A stretch of DNA of 32,000 bases from Geobacter metallireducens GS-15 (lineage in GTDB: Bacteria; Desulfobacterota; Desulfuromonadia; Geobacterales; Geobacteraceae): positions 2,940,001 through 2,972,000 of the forward strand of contig NC_007517.1 in the NCBI RefSeq assembly GCF_000012925.1. Reading direction: 5' to 3'. The notes beneath the pieces are model-generated. The model was not told where the DNA came from. It did no database searches and saw nothing but the letters and a program-made list of their open reading frames with translations. Position numbers and translations under genes: made by a program. Positions 30,642-32,000 of this stretch are shown in pieces (within the stretch, counting starts at the first letter, position 1; the number at the start of each line of letters is the position of its first letter).

Positions 30642-31934
30642 ATGAGATGGTTTTCCAAGGGAATTATCAGCCTGGCGCTTGCTGCCCTCCTGACCGGCTG
30701 TGTCGGCAACGACCAGTACCGGACCTCGTACGAGCCCTGCAACGTCGCCCAGCAAGGGGCCGAATGCAGAAAGTCGTCCCTGGAACAGAACGACGAGTAC
30801 CTTCTCGGCTTCGTGGAGTTCGACGACCAGGGGTGGTTCTGGGACAGGAAACAGGCCAATGTGCTGATCGACCGCCTCCTGGAGAAGGATGCGCTGGAGT
30901 CCGGCCTCCTTATGGTCGTCTATGTGCACGGATGGCGGCACAACGCCTCGTTCGACGACGACAACGTGGCGTCATTCAGGGAGACGCTCAAACGGATCTA
31001 CTCCTATGAGCACCTTGCCAGCCAGAGCGAAGGACGGCCGGAGCGGAAGGTGGCGGGGATTTATGTCGGGTGGCGGGGGCTCTCCGCCAACGTGGAGCCG
31101 TTCAGGACCCTCTCCTTCTGGGACCGCAAGAACACGGCCGACAAGGTTGGCCACGGCGCCCTGACCGACCTCCTGGTGCAGCTTGAGGAGGTACAGTTCT
31201 CGCACCTGAAGGTTTACGACGAAACCAAGAGCAGGCTGGCCCAGACCAAGCTAATCATCGTCGGCCACAGCTTCGGCGGGGAGATGGTCTACTCTGCCCT
31301 CTCGCAGATCCTTGTCGACCGTTTCTCGGGGGATGCAGAGTCACCGCAGACCTTCGGCGATCTCGTGATCCTCGTGAACCCCGCCTTTGAAGCGTCCCGC
31401 TTCACGCCACTCCACGACCTGGCCGGGGTGAGGAAGTGGTACGCCGACGGGCAGCTCCCCCTCGTGGCGATCTTCACCTCGGAAACGGATCAGGCGACCA
31501 AGACGGCGTTCCCCGTTGGACGCACGCTCTCGACTCTCTTCGAGAAATACCGTCCCGACGACGGCAAGCAGAAACAGGCAGACCGGCACGCCGTGGGGCA
31601 TTTCGAGCCGTACCGCACCCACGAGTTGCGCCCGCGCCCCGAGGCCGAGGCGGCTCCACCCCAAGCCACGGAGACGCCTGAGAAGAAAGTGGCCGATTTA
31701 CGCACGGCCAAGTCATTGCGGCAGCAGTGGATCGACCTTTCGTCCCGCAACGGCTGGAGCCTCGACTTGGGGAACGCCAGGCTCACGCACCTGGGAAAAT
31801 CGCTCCCCCGCAACCCCTTGTACGTAGTGGCGGTTGACAAGCAGATAATCGACGGCCATGGCGACATCTGGAACGAGAGGTTCATCGATTTCATGCGGCA
31901 GTTCATCCTGTTCACGACCATTGTCGAAGAATAA
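30642..31934 (+). CDS. Lipoprotein alpha/beta-hydrolase (esterase/lipase-like)
   Basis: GGAGG RBS and lipobox LLTGC. The nucleophile elbow is GHSFGG, with an upstream VHGWRHN oxyanion-type motif. 430 aa. Confidence 0.8.
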   Translation: MRWFSKGIISLALAALLTGCVGNDQYRTSYEPCNVAQQGAECRKSSLEQNDEYLLGFVEFDDQGWFWDRKQANVLIDRLLEKDALESGLLMVVYVHGWRHNASFDDDNVASFRETLKRIYSYEHLASQSEGRPERKVAGIYVGWRGLSANVEPFRTLSFWDRKNTADKVGHGALTDLLVQLEEVQFSHLKVYDETKSRLAQTKLIIVGHSFGGEMVYSALSQILVDRFSGDAESPQTFGDLVILVNPAFEASRFTPLHDLAGVRKWYADGQLPLVAIFTSETDQATKTAFPVGRTLSTLFEKYRPDDGKQKQADRHAVGHFEPYRTHELRPRPEAEAAPPQATETPEKKVADLRTAKSLRQQWIDLSSRNGWSLDLGNARLTHLGKSLPRNPLYVVAVDKQIIDGHGDIWNERFIDFMRQFILFTTIVEE

Positions 31935-31960
31935 CCGCAATCTACTAACGGAGGCCCCCA

Positions 31961-32000
31961 TGAAAACCCGTTTCGTCGCCCCCCTGCTCCTTGCCCTCGC
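31961..32000 (+). CDS. Start of a secreted protein gene (truncated by the window end)
   Basis: ATG 31961 follows GGAGG. The product MKTRFVAPLLLALA looks like the start of a signal peptide. Confidence 0.4.

Overview
High-GC chromosomal window that looks like a Geobacter/Citrifermentans-type Desulfuromonadota genome. That placement is an inference from gene content: an Ehr-type complex, a PEP-CTERM protein, a Tat-exported superoxide reductase and an oxidative pentose-phosphate operon. Reading left to right, the window contains:

- The 3' end of a pentapeptide-repeat gene.
- A visibly AT-rich ~2.4 kb island (256-2634). It carries an iteron-like TAGATGC repeat array, two function-unknown envelope genes and a hicAB toxin-antitoxin pair. 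An intact IS (2635-3987, 6-bp target duplication) abuts it.
- A GDSL lipase gene and a YkgJ-type Cys-cluster gene.
- A six-gene complex-I/group-4-hydrogenase-like operon (5688-12978, minus strand). Its 'large subunit' lacks the [NiFe] cysteine ligands, which makes it Ehr-type.
- A mazEF-like pair followed 6 nt later by an HTH-EIIA(Ntr-type) fusion gene.
- rnk, lpxC, a PEP-CTERM protein and a second YkgJ-family gene.
- An ECF sigma / DUF3619-like / DUF3106-like operon, divergent from a Tat-signal superoxide reductase and a GAF protein.
- A secreted barnase with barstar.
- A zwf-pgl-gnd-rpiB oxidative pentose-phosphate operon.
- A VOC protein, an Omp85-like barrel, a cytochrome P460-family gene and a lipoprotein alpha/beta-hydrolase.

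The strongest non-obvious call is that the first gene of the pentose-phosphate operon is a thioredoxin-fold selenoprotein. An in-frame TGA (27042-27044) sits in a UxxC redox motif and is followed by a SECIS-like hairpin with a GGUC apical loop, so the ORF track only shows the 3' part. Two good sigma-54 -24/-12 matches, several bidirectional intrinsic terminators and sigma-70-like promoters are also listed.

I recognised no rRNA, tRNA or CRISPR array. Family names come from motif recognition by eye, not from database searches.
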